From: Phoronis australis
Lineage: Eukaryota; Animalia; Phoronida
Direction of reading: 5' to 3'
NCBI GenBank assembly: GCA_002633005.1
Contig: NMRA01000191.1
Span: 364,466-428,465 of the forward strand
Length of the DNA: 64,000 bases
In this document: piece after piece, positions 11,501 through 24,200 of the stretch
How positions within the stretch are numbered: position 1 is the first letter of the stretch
Layout: every line of letters begins with the position of its first letter
Position numbers and translations under genes: made by a program
The notes under the pieces: generated by a model
Database searches by the model: none
What the model was told of the DNA's origin: nothing
What the model saw: only the letters and a program-made list of their open reading frames with translations

Positions 11501-14500
11501 CTGGCACTGGAACCTGTTTCATGAGACCAGTAATCTTTAGTGTAAAGTAACAACTTGTACTGTTGCCATGACATCAACAGCTTTGTTCAACAATTATAAC
11601 ATGACATTTGTTGTGATGGTGCTGTTATTTGGGGAACCTGGAATATGTTTACACGTAAAAAATAAATATCCAGCATTGACTTATTGATTGTCTGAACATT
11701 TATGTGATGTGGGAGATAGATATTGATGACAAAATAGGAACTGAATTTTTTTAGGTAGAAACACTTCCTTAAAGTTTAAATGCCCACAGGTCATTATTTT
11801 GTCTATTGAAAATTGTGACCTGTTCAGTTCTAGCATCAGCTCCTAAAAGGTGTATTGTGAAATCAAGTATTTGAACACTTTCTTTTCTTCAGACTTTTGT
11901 TCCGAGTTGAAGGAGTAAAGGGCGTGTTCTTTGGTCAAGATTTCATCACAGTTTCGAAAGTAAGTTAGATAGGCACTCAGGATCTTAAATTTGCTCTCAA
12001 AATTGAGCTCAAAATTATAAATTATGAGATTTTTCATTCTATTTTAGTATGAACTCAAGTTAAGTGTATTTTTGTGTTTGCTCAAGTATATCATGGTTTA
12101 AGTGGTTGAGTGTGTAATCCTAGTCTATTTGTGATGACGCCACCATTAAAGCTACATGTTCGATTCAAAATCTTGAGTTTTTCCTCGAGTTTGTAGCTCA
12201 GATGTTGGGGGCCATCAAGTTTGAACTGAGACTAAATTATCACTTGTAAAAACCATAATGTAATCGAGCATACAAAAATAGACACTTTTCTTGAGCTCAT
12301 ACCAACCAAGAAGGGAAAAGGATGCAAAGAATTTTGAGTTTAACATGGAGTACAGAGATAAAATCATGAGTCTTGGTCTTTTATGGTAAATGCTCTTCAA
12401 TTTAGTGCATAGTATGGCGGATAAGTGTTGACTTTAGCAGCTAAAATGAACATTAAAATGTCAACTATTTAATTGTTTTAAAAGACATTGCTGTTTTATT
12501 GATTAGGTGTTCTTGAGCTGTCTGATTTGTTTGGTGTGCAGTTGGTTTCTGTGTAAACCTGCAGCCGAAAGTTTTTTTTTCTTGAATTCTATAATTTTTT
12601 TGGAATGTTCCCAGATAGAAGATGCTGAGTGGAAAGTAGTGAAGCCACAGATTTTTGCCACAATAATGGATTTCTTCGCCAGTAACCTCCCTGTGATCAC
12701 AGATGAACAGCCCCCCTCTGATACAGGTGAAATAATGTGTGCAGTGTTAGTCATTGATGTTCATAAGCTAACACTTTTCTTGTATTTGTGATATGAATGA
12801 CCATCACTGACTCAGGTAATGTGTATGCATAAAGTACATAGCTCTATAGAGTCATACATGGTCACATTGTGATCCTGGGATCGAGTCTTGGTTTAGGCAG
12901 AAATCTTTTAGGACTCGTAGTTGTTCAGTCTGGTGATGTAACCACGTGTTACTCTATAGAGGTATCTACTTTATGCATTCTTCACGTGTACTGTGATGCA
13001 TATAGAGCATCACATTTACATAAAAGGGTAAGAGTCACTTACAGAGGTCCCAAATTTTGAGAACCAGTCTTCTCCACAGAATAACAGGCTACAAACTAGT
13101 TCTCAAAGTCTGGGACCCTCTGCATGCCTTTAAAAGTATAAAAACTCAGGTGATTAAGCAAGATCTATGTGGGAAGGCTTCTGTTACATTGGAGGCAAAA
13201 CCTAGTTCTTACAGGGTGCTTGAAAACACTTCATTACATGTCCAAAGAGCATCATTTTTGTGAATAATTTAAACTACATTGGTTTGTGTTCAAATTTCTT
13301 TTGTGAAGTCTTCAACTGAAAAGTAGGGGACCGGTAATGATATTTTTAAAGAAACCACAATGAACATTATGTAAAGCAACTCTAATGAACAGCATGTCTA
13401 CCCAGAACTCTCTCTTGTGGCGCTTGGTCATTTCTTAAGTTTATGTAGAACCTTATCGACAAAACTATGAACTGTAACTCTGTAAAAGTGCTTATTTTCT
13501 GAAGATAGGTAGAAGATAGATTGATTGGGTTATGTGACCATGTCTTTTTAGTGAAAGTTAGAAAAAAAAGGAAAGGTATATTCGTAACGAAACAACAGCA
13601 TCAGTAATATCCCAAATTTCATTTGATGTGAATCCTCAAGATTAAATCTCAAAAATGCTTTCCCAATTTTCTAAATATGATTTGTTCTTTAATGTAACTT
13701 CTGAGTTTTTTCTTAAAAATCATTTCAGTCCTATTTTTGATAACCCCTCTTACAAAAGTGAATCAATTTAAAAAGAAATCCTAACGGCATTTTTGAGAAC
13801 ATTGCATTAAGCATAGTAACGTATCTAAGAGTTTCACTTGAATTTGATCAGCCATTTCTAAGATTTGATTGGATGGATATTTTTCAAGGGTCCTACATAA
13901 CTTTAAGGTGGCGATGAAACGGTCAAAAGTGTGTACAGTGGCTTGTTGATAGGTCACGTAGTCGGTATGCAGGCATTCATTCTCAGTGTTTGTTGCAGCG
14001 CCACATGAAGATGATGATGAAACAGTGGCCATGATCAAAGAGTTGTTAGACACGAGGATACGACCCACAGTACAGGAGGATGGAGGGGATATTGTCTACA
14101 TGGTGTGTAGTCGGATAATGTATGATTAGCCTCTGTGGCCAGTGGCGTGAAACGATCCTAATAGGGACTCCTCTATGTTTCGTAAACTTTCAGTGGATTT
14201 GTGGACTTTGTGTAAACACTGTTTTTGTTTCTTTTGCTATTTTATCTTCTTCATTCAGGTTCTAGCATGGATACATGTTGAGACTAAACTACACTTTTAA
14301 TTATTAGTATTATTGATGATAAATAATGACTAAGTCCTTAAGTTTGGGGGTGTTGCAAGAAAATGTTCCTTTTTGTTTCCCATGGGTGGAGGGCTCGGGT
14401 TTTCCGGTATATCATCAGAAAAAGTCATAAGGAATAGGGGAGCTCATACTGAAGATAAGGGGATAGAAAAAGTAACATTAATTATTAAAAGAACTCCGCG

Positions 14501-15984
14501 AATGCTCTGAAAATTTAGTCGAGTCTCCATAGGAACTGTTTCGTGCAACTGACCTCAGCTGTTGCATGTTGACAAGACTACTGTAATTCCAGAAACTACT
14601 CAAAATAGGGCTATACACTTTTTTGAAGTGGAGAGATTTATACCCTTATTTGTTTTGTGGTGATATGAGTAGGCGTAGTTTTGAATAAGTTAACTTGCTG
14701 TTTTTAGTACATACCACAGACCTATTTGTTTACGAGTCATTATGATCTGTTTTTTTAGTGAATGCTAATTTATACTTTAATAGCTAGATCACATAAATTT
14801 TGTCGAGTTTATATTGGCTGAGCTTCTGGCAAAAAGATTTTCACAGCAATCAGTTTGAAATCTATAACAAAAATTCCGTATTAAGTAAATTGGAGAGATT
14901 TATAAAAATGGGTACAAGCTGCTGAAAAATGTTTTTATTATCCTGTTGCTGTGAATGTCTTGATATGTAACTAAATTTTACACCTCTTTTTAAATAAGCA
15001 CTCGATTCACTCTCGGGCCAGCCTTCTTGATAATTTGATTGGTTTCCGATGACGACTTCTGCCTCACAAACCAAGCAGACCACGTAGCCGGTAGACCAGG
15101 CTGAAGGCGTACGCTGTGCGACAGCAAAACACCGGCAATGTTTTGTTGCACTGAGATGTTAGTTTTACATTTTGATGTTCTCATTTGACAGGGCTTTGAG
15201 GATGGAATTGTGAAACTCCAGATGCAGGGGTCATGTTCCAGTTGTCCCAGCTCTGTGGTTACACTCAAGAGTGGCGTACAGAACATGTTACAGTTCTACA
15301 TCCCCGAGGTGCTTGGCGTGGAACAGGTATGGCTGGCCAGTACTGGTAGTTATGGTATATCTTTCGGTTATAGATGATGTTATGGTGATAACTTTGTTAT
15401 GTACACAGTGGTACAAATATAATGGCCAAAGAGTGTTTGTCATGCTTCAAAGGCTGGCCATTGAAATGCTCAAACTTGGTTTTTGTTTTTGATTAAGAAA
15501 GCTATGCAACAAAAACATTACGGCACCTCTGTTTGGAGGATTGGATGCTGTGAGCCATGATAGAGCTAGCAGTAAATGAGGGGCACAGTATTCACAAGGA
15601 GTCTTTTGTCAAGACCTGGCTGTCGACTGGGCTATTTTTCACTGTGCTGTAAAAAGACAATTTACTGAGTGTGTATTTGGACAATAAATTTGAAAATCAG
15701 TTTTCACTTTTTGATGCAAGGAAACTTACTGAAGAAAGGGATGTGTTATCCATTTTGGTCTTATATTCTTAGTGTAGATATCTCAAAGCCCAAATTTGCC
15801 ATTAATTTCAAAGTCATGGATATGACACATTTTTCAGAATTAACAAATTCTACAGTGTTTGAAATCTGGTGTGGTAGTAGTTTCTCATATTATAAACATT
15901 TTTCAGATTGAAGACGAAGTTGAGGAAATGAGCAAAGCCGAATTTAACAAATTGCAAGAAAAGATTGGTGACCAAGACCCTTAA
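8553..15984 (+). CDS. NFU1: NFU1 iron-sulfur cluster scaffold, mitochondrial, 271 aa; exons 8553-8623, 9403-9515, 10812-10947, 11893-11959, 12615-12726, 13999-14102, 15192-15326, 15907-15984
   Basis: [19 protein letters not shown] (Nfu_N), [52 protein letters not shown] (CxxC), LQFYIPEV. Arg/Ser-rich N-terminal presequence. All introns GT-AG with consistent phases; AATAAA cluster ~16848. Confidence 0.95.
10119..10198. repeat. Perfect ~39-bp tandem duplication
   Basis: TTGTTTGTTTATTAACTAGTCTGAAGTGGACATATTTGAC x2. Confidence 0.9.
11076..11507. mobile_element. MITE with ~22-bp TIRs in an NFU1 intron
   Basis: Left GTGCCCAGTTGCATGAAACAGT; right ACTGTTTCATGCAACCTGGCAC (20/22 inverted match); no ORF. 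Confidence 0.75.
14137..14554. mobile_element. Diverged MITE of the same TIR family as 11076-11507
   Basis: Left GGCCAGTGGCGTGAAACGATCCT; right AGGAACTGTTTCGTGCAACTGACC; similar length (~420 bp). Confidence 0.6.
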
Positions 15985-18243
15985 ATTATTCTTATTGGAG
16001 ATACAGTTTATGTGATAAGGCTTATAAGTGATGCTATTTCGATAAGTAACATTTTAAGATTGCTGGTAAGGCATACGAAATACTGCCAATTTGTTGCCAT
16101 TTGCATGTTGACCACGGTGGATTGCATTTTTCGGATATTGTGTTCAGTGGCTATGCATGACTAACACAGTGTTAACAAGAATTATAGTTCTTCCAATACA
16201 TCGTCTTAAAAACTGATTGTCTTAATCACAAAGCAATACACACAGTCCTTGATGTTCACAGAAACCTATGGTGTGCATGTTTTACCGGATTCCGAGATTA
16301 TTATAACTTCCAAACTTTGCACAAGTATGACTTCCAGTTCTGTAAACAATGCCTGTGTTTAAGTATGTAGACCTTTTAAACAAACTTGGCTATTATCATT
16401 GAAAATGAAGGGTATTATATGTTGAAAGTTGATGTTTTGAAAAAATGTGACCCTTTGTAATACCGTAAAGAGTTTACAGCTACCTTATGTTTTTGAAGAA
16501 TCCTCTTATTTTTAGCATAGATGCCATGTTAATGTTTCTGAGTCACAGTATATTGTGTTGTTAGAACTAAGTGCCAGTGCACACAGGTAGGTACGTGCTG
16601 ATCTGTCTGCCTCAAGTGAATTATGGCTGAGGTGATGGCTCACGCTAAGGCTAGAACAATTGAATCAACTAGCACTTAGTTCAACCAATTGTATTTTCTC
16701 ACCTTGGTGTGAACTATCAGCTCAGCTATGATTTGCTTGATACAGATTGATGAGCTCGCAGGTATCCATCTACAGTGGCTCTAAGCACCCATTTATTTGT
16801 GATGTATTGTATTTGTTTCCATTTATGGGGTTTTTCGTACAGGCATAAATAAAATAAATTACCAATTTAACAAACCTTGAGTAATATATTATGGCAACAA
16901 TGGAAATCTCATGAACATAGTCAACAGTGAAAAAGCTACATAGAGCGCTGCTTCAGCATGTCAAAAAGGCCAACTGCAAAGTAAGGCATTGATACAAGAG
17001 TTAACACCCGTCCTCTCCATTCCATTCACAGTATGACAAAGGGGAAAAGAGAAATGTTAGATTGTCTTATTGTGATGCACCAAAATATTTACTCAAAACA
17101 ATAGACACTTGCAAGTGAGGAAAGTTGGATGTGTGAAGGTAATAGTCTTATTACCAAAGCAGTGCTCAATATAGCTTTCATGATAACAGGATATTTATTA
17201 ATCATAAAAAATCAGGTACACTATCAATTCGGTTTAACAACTATAAACTTATCATTTGCACAGATTGGTCACTTCATACCAACGGCAAACGAAACTCGAC
17301 TAAGCTGTACCATCTATTAGATATCAATTAGTTCAACAATGTCATCTACATAGCTGTCATATGGTAGAAAATCTAGTGTAAGTAGTACTAATGCATCAAT
17401 ATGGTCTCCCTAACTGTTGTTTAATTAATGAAAGAGCCTTATTTTGCTCCAACTAATGACTAGATGAGCACTGGACTAAATAAATGGAAGGTAAATGCTT
17501 ATTCTTTCGCCCTAGAATTTCTTGACAACATTTCACTGGAAACCCTCCAGTGGTATGAAAATGCTATTGATACGAGGAAACGCAGGGTCTGCACAGGGAT
17601 ACAATTTTTAACACTACGTTATCATCTGCCAAGATATTATTGATTATGTTTCAGTGTCAGTCGGTGTACTCGGCACATACAAAACTGTTGAGTACAGATA
17701 TGCTCGGTAAATGAGATTCCCAAATCTTAAAGAGAAAGTCACCGACACTGGAACATTACAATACTACTGGGACGGTAAAAAGTTTAAAAAGTTGCTCTAC
17801 AAATTTCTAAGTCTAACACTAAATAAATGCTAATAAGTTTATGGCAGCTTTACCGAATGGTGTTTTATCAGGCTGGTGCTGAACTGAAAACAAAATTTTC
17901 TAATTGTAACACTAAAGCAATGACATGTTTGTTGTCGACAAGATTTTGAATACAAGACATCTCAAAAAGGGTGTTGACGAGGAGCAACTCATCTTAATTT
18001 GCACATGATTTAACTTGTAGAAACTTTGATAGCTAAGAAATGACTAGTCCATTTTATTCCACACAGATGAAACATTGGAGTTTTTGATAGACATATTAAC
18101 CAAATACATCAGTAGAAAATTAACGCTGCATAAAAAATTGTAAATATCAATAGAGAATATCATGGCCACATGATCTTGGATAGTCAGCTGTATAGGATGA
18201 TGGTCACAAACATAGCACCTATTCATGAACTTTTGACCCCAGG

Positions 18244-21200
18244 TCAAAGTTCACTGTGTTCACCCAAAGCTTTCTTCACTTTTGTAGAGAGTTCATGCTC
18301 TAGTTTTTTGACCTAAAATGAAAGTTATAGGTTTCTACGAATGCTTTAAAATAAACCTTAAGACAATAATTTAACATGCAACAATGCAAAGTCATAACTA
18401 GAAATTAAATTCTTAGCAAAAAGCAATGGCAAGGACAACACACGTGAAAAAGCAAACTTTGGCTGGCAGTACAAATGGCTTCGAGAGCTGATACACAACT
18501 TAGGTATTTCATTATTAATATTTTGACAGCTTATTGACAAAAATACTATACAAATAATTGTGCATATCATTTACCTCACCTTTGATTTTCAAATCAGTTA
18601 ATGTGGTACAAAGAAAATTTCATGGCGTATCGTTACCTGACATACCTTATAAGCATAATCATCAGCCTTATATTGCCACTTCTGAGGGCCTTCAAACGAA
18701 TCATCCTTCACTTTTCCAACATGTTTCGCCTTCTTAGCCGATATTTCAGCCTGTTCCTTCATATACCGATGCTTCTGAATTTTGCGCTCAAAATGCTTCA
18801 ACTCTTCCTGAAAATAATAGACATGATTTCGTTGATGAATATTCAACAACACCTTATTTGGTGATCAGTGTTTGCATGAAAGACTATCAATGACTTCAAC
18901 ACAGTCAGTGAAATGAAATTGTCTACAAAATCATTCAATAATTCATCAATTTCGTAAAACATCAGCTGAAAAAGAACAATTATGTCTGATGCATAAAATC
19001 AAGACATAACATGATGCACATCTCCATTCAAATTTCACTGCATTCTTTGGGGTTATTAAGATTCATTCTGAGAACTGATCTCTTGTGTGGTGGTGTACAC
19101 AAGTCAAGTCACCCCATTGTGTTGCTCAGGCAGGTTATGCAATAGATATTGGGACATATCAACAAAGGAACAGCAGTAGCAATATGGGCTATTTCTTTAT
19201 TCAGAATCTTCAGTTGCAGTTAACCAGTTTTTGTAGTTCAAACAATGAAAAAGTTCTATTTTCAGAGGCGGATCCAAGGGGGGGGATTTGGGATATTCAG
19301 GGGGCTTAAACCTCCCTGGGACAGGATAAAAAACAAAAAAACATTGCCAGGAAAACAAAATAAGCTACAAAAACCAAAAAATCTTACACGGACGGGGAAA
19401 CACCCCCCCCAACCTCCCCCCGCTCGGCACTATGCACCTCGGATTCGTGCGAATTCTAAACTCCCCTTACTGAAAACGTAGATCTGCCACTGCATTTTCA
19501 ATGACAGATTTAGAAAGTTCACAGTGTTTCACTCTGGTAGTACTAGTACTGCTGGGTGTAAACCCTTAAATGCCACATTTTACCAAGAGAAGCTGCAACA
19601 TACGTGCCCAAAGGCAATATGCACAAACAGAACTAGGTCCGTGGGAATAAGATTTGTGTATTGCGCTGAATCTAATGACATAATCGAGCTGGTTTAATAG
19701 GAGGCATAACTTTGCACTCTGAAATAGCGTGACATTTGCGACATACTTTTTGAATTCATGGAGAAGAATCACCTCACACTTGTGACTTTTTGATTTTGGA
19801 GGCATTTAGCATGATTTCATACATGTAAAAAAGCTGCGCCGGAGTGCCTGTTAATTTTATTTCTACTATTTTTTCTTGAGGTTTTCTTACATTACACAAT
19901 ATCTAGAAATTAGTATGAAAACATGTTTTGACGGTTCAAAATTTCCAGCGGCCTTCGATGACAGTTTTCTTAACTTAATAGGCATTGACCTCCCAGGCAC
20001 CAACATAACCAATAAAGCAATTGACTCTAATCAGTGAAGAAGACCCAATCACTGCTCAGAGGACATGGAATTTCTCTAAAACCCAGCTCACCTTAAATGA
20101 CAGGAGCTCCTTCTCTGTAAAGTTTGCCTTGAGAGCTTGCGACCACATTTCAAATACTCTGGGTTCAGTGAACTCCGAGTCACTTGTGTGGGATGTTTTC
20201 CTCTCAAGTCGTTCGTAGCCCTCTTTGATTTCTTTCTTCAAGGCATGGAAATCTGTCCGTTTTTCCTTTTTCAATTTCCCAGAGTCGTCTTCCTTGAAGC
20301 GATCCAATGAATTTTCCATGTCACCTAAAGCAAGAACACAAATGCCTTATGCAGTAACAGGGATTTCCAATAAACCAAGCACCAATAGGTACTTTCTGGT
20401 GATGGGTGCTATATCAGAAACTTCTGGTAGTTAAATAAATGAATATTCAGTATTAAATTGACGCTTCAACATTCACATTAAGATAAAGTATTAGTCTCCT
20501 TTGCTTGGACATCACACCAGATCGCATGATCCTGATTTGTAAAATAACCAATGCTTTCATGAATTCTCCTGATCATGAACACCTATCTATGTTTGTAATG
20601 ACATCAGCATTACAATCAGCAACTCAAAGTGAGCAGATGAAGCAAAGATATCAGAAGATGTCCACAATATTGAAACATAATGGTGGTCCAAACCTCATTA
20701 GACAGGAAAGGGTTTGTGGTGTTTATGATAGAATGTGGCAGGTTGCCTGTTCAGCAGAATTTTTGAGGAATGAAGTTATGAAAAGCGATCAGGGCATGAC
20801 CAGGTTCATGCAACCCTGCCCAGGAGACTACGTTAAACTGATAACTGCATTGTCATGACAAAACCAGGTTTGAATGAATCACGAATTTGCACCTTCATTT
20901 CAATACCCGTATGGCATTTTCAAATTTATACTACCAACTTTTCCCAAAACAAACAATTGCCGGATGAAAAACAAATAAAAATAAAAAATCAAAGCAAGCA
21001 CTTCTGCTAATTTTGAAATGACTCAACTTTCCTTTGTCTTTAGTCTTCTTCAGGGTTTTTGGCATAATTTCAATGAAGATCAAAATATTCCAACAAAACA
21101 TTTTTTAAACTACTGCAGTTATACCCAAGCAAAAGATCTCCACCCAAAATTAAATTGGATGTGAAGTTACTACAAAAGTTATACAAAAACAACCACATGT

Positions 21201-24200
21201 ACTATCACTGTCATGTTTATTATTAAATTTTATTTTCTTAATCCAATTTCGCAATAAAAGTAACTACAAAGTAATCTCTAACCCTAAACTATACCATACA
21301 CACCCTCTTTGTTGTTATTGTCTTCATCTTTCAGCTGTTCATATTCATCAATTTTCATTTGATGGTGTTCAAACTCCCGTCTTAGGTCATCCAGCTCTGA
21401 ATCTAATACGAAAACAAAAGAAATTATTTCCAAGTTTTCATGAAGACAGTTTTCTAATGCTACCTTTCTTTCACTTCAGACGTATTCTGTAAAAATGGGA
21501 CCCGTTCCAACAAAACTGACTTAGCTAAGACAAATCTTAAATTTTAGTAAGTTTTAAAATAAAATTAAATTTGTCTCAAAACCAAATCAAGAAAGAGATC
21601 TTAAGTTTGACTTAAGTGTATGAGCCAAGTTTTGTCTTAATTTTGAGTAACTTTCCAAATGTGGAAGTTTCAAAGTTTGGAAGTTAAGACAAATCTTAGA
21701 CTTAAGTAAAAAATGAACTTAAGTCAGTTTCTTGGAACAGGCCCATGATCTATAAAAATGTTTGCTATTCATAACAACATACATGGCCTCTTCTGAAATA
21801 GACGAGAGAGAAATAAATTTATTTCAGTGACCAGTGTTACTTGAACACTCAGCCCACTTATTAGTCACTTTAACAAAATACAAGAACAGCAATGCACATA
21901 CAATTTAATATGAAGCTCAAAATTATTTAAGAAATTAAGTGAACAGTACTTTTTTATCTGGCCAGATCATTACATAAAACAGCAAGTTTTGTCTTCAGAA
22001 CCGAACAGGTCGAAATCTGGGAGAATAAATGTGATTTTATCAAATAACTAAATTCTTAAATCTTCGTAAAAAGGGAAATGACAAAGGAAATGATTTTCAT
22101 CCTCAACATCGTGCAAATCAGAAGGAAACAAAGTCTGTTACAGAGATCAATGTTAGAAAATCCACCAGGTTTTGAAACAAACAGTAACTTAGAAAGCAGT
22201 GAAAGGTCTTTATCTCATAAAAGTTTCTACGTCAATTTCCCAAACTCAGTAGGAAAATCCTCAGCTAAACGGCTTTAGTTCACAACAAAGATATTTACCT
22301 GAGAATCCTGACTGTACAGCACTCTTCCACATTTTCTTCAGTCGAGAATCCAAAAACACATCTTTTTGAAAGTCGTGCTCTACTGAGTTCCTTGTATCAT
22401 CGTGTTTCGGATCAATCAGACGATATTTTATCATTATGTCTGAAAATATGACACACTGACGTGTATAATAGGACCAAATTTGAATACAGACACTGGGCCT
22501 AAATGAACACATGTGTGGTAGGGTACTGAAAAATGGGCCCACTATCCATTTTATGACTTGTAACTAGATGACGACAAAATTGTAATGGATTGCATTCTAT
22601 GCTGTGGTATGGGAGTAACGGAGTGAGATTTCATGTTACTCGTAAATTCTTTGCAACCACTTTGCCATCAAATAACCAATGTTGTACGGTGGGAGAGTCC
22701 AACTTCAGAAAACATACATGCTTCCTGAGCCCTTCACGTGACTTCTTATCTTCCGGTCTGTTGGTAAAAAAATTTTAATCCCGTATTCATTCACCTACAA
22801 GCACAATTCTGCGTGTCACATTAACCCATTTCACAGCTGCTTGTTTTTCATCAATATGAGCCGCTAGTGAAATGAAGCTTGTTTATCAGCAACGCTCATC
22901 TAAGGTCCTTAAAGCAGGGCAATTATCAGATTAGTGATTCTTTCAGGGCCGGTTAAAAATAAAATGGTTTACTGCGGAGAAAAACTGGTGATTTACCGCA
23001 CTGTCTGTCTTCTGGAGAAAACTTAGGTTAGTAACATTCTTATGATAAAAAACCAATATAGATGTATTAGGCTTTGCTTGGTATCAGTAACAATGTTTGA
23101 AACATGGTAGATAATTGGGTTTCGAGTCATGACGCAAGACCATAACGTGTTTTGGTCGTGACAGACCGGCCCGAAAATCCTCCCCTCATTTTCGGGTCGG
23201 TCAAAATTCTTGAGTAAACCACATGCCTTTATTAGGCCGGTAACATGCAATTTCACGCTAATACACATTAGCTGATGGAGTAAGATAAGAGTTGCCCAAC
23301 GAAACACAACGACTGTTTTCACTTTTTCACTCTCCTGATGGATTTAAACCAATAGAAGATTCAAAATCTTCATAATTTTGACCTCAGTGCGTGCTTTCTC
23401 CATAAATATTGGTGAAGTTTTAGCTGAGGTCGCTTCGGTCAGATCACCCGAGTTTGAAGTAACTTTTAATACTATTTCGCGGTAAAGCGGATTCATTTGT
23501 TTCGAATTTTATATCCGTTAAGAATTTAATTTACACTTATAATTTCAAAGAAAATAAACAGAAATTAGCGTGGAATGTCAGTAAATCTGAGTTAAAATTC
23601 CTGACAAAGTAACAAATTTCACAAATTTATGATTCCGCAACAGTCTAATTTGCGCAGTTCCATAGTATTCTGAGTAATCCGTTCTCGTCTGTGTCGTGAC
23701 CACATGTGTGAGCTGTAAAGTTTCTTCATTTTTTGCCATTTCAAAATGAGAGCAACGAGTAACCATGTTCAAGCACATACATTTTCGTCGTAAAGCGAAA
23801 ATCACAATAAAAAGCAGATAAAAAACGATGCTAATTTCAAGAGTTAACTATTTTTGTTGGAAGTCATGGCGAAAATCTGGAAGGAAGATGGACGAAAATG
23901 ACACTAAAATTGTTGAAAATTTACCGAAAGTTTTTGCATCAAAATTCCATCTATTTTGCGCAAGGATTATCTCGAACTTTTTTAGACCACCACATTACGA
24001 TCAATGCTAAACAGTGGTTCGACCGCGACATAGTTATTTGGTGGTTATACCATCCACAAACACGCATGTGTTACAAGTTCTATATCCATGTTCGTTAAAA
24101 ACGAATTGTAGAAAGAGTATATCGGAGCAATTGAATGTAATAAACAACGGATATGTTATAATGCGACTTGATTATGTTTTTCCTGAATCTTCTAATAGCG

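Noticed and set aside
12090-12170. tRNA gene (A-box/B-box-like motifs; similar fragment near 7555-7595)
   Set aside because: No cloverleaf can be drawn; at most degenerate tRNA-derived SINE fragments.
16160-16182. Iron-responsive element in the NFU1 3'UTR (CAGTGT)
   Set aside because: The flanks do not form the 5-bp upper stem around a 6-nt loop.
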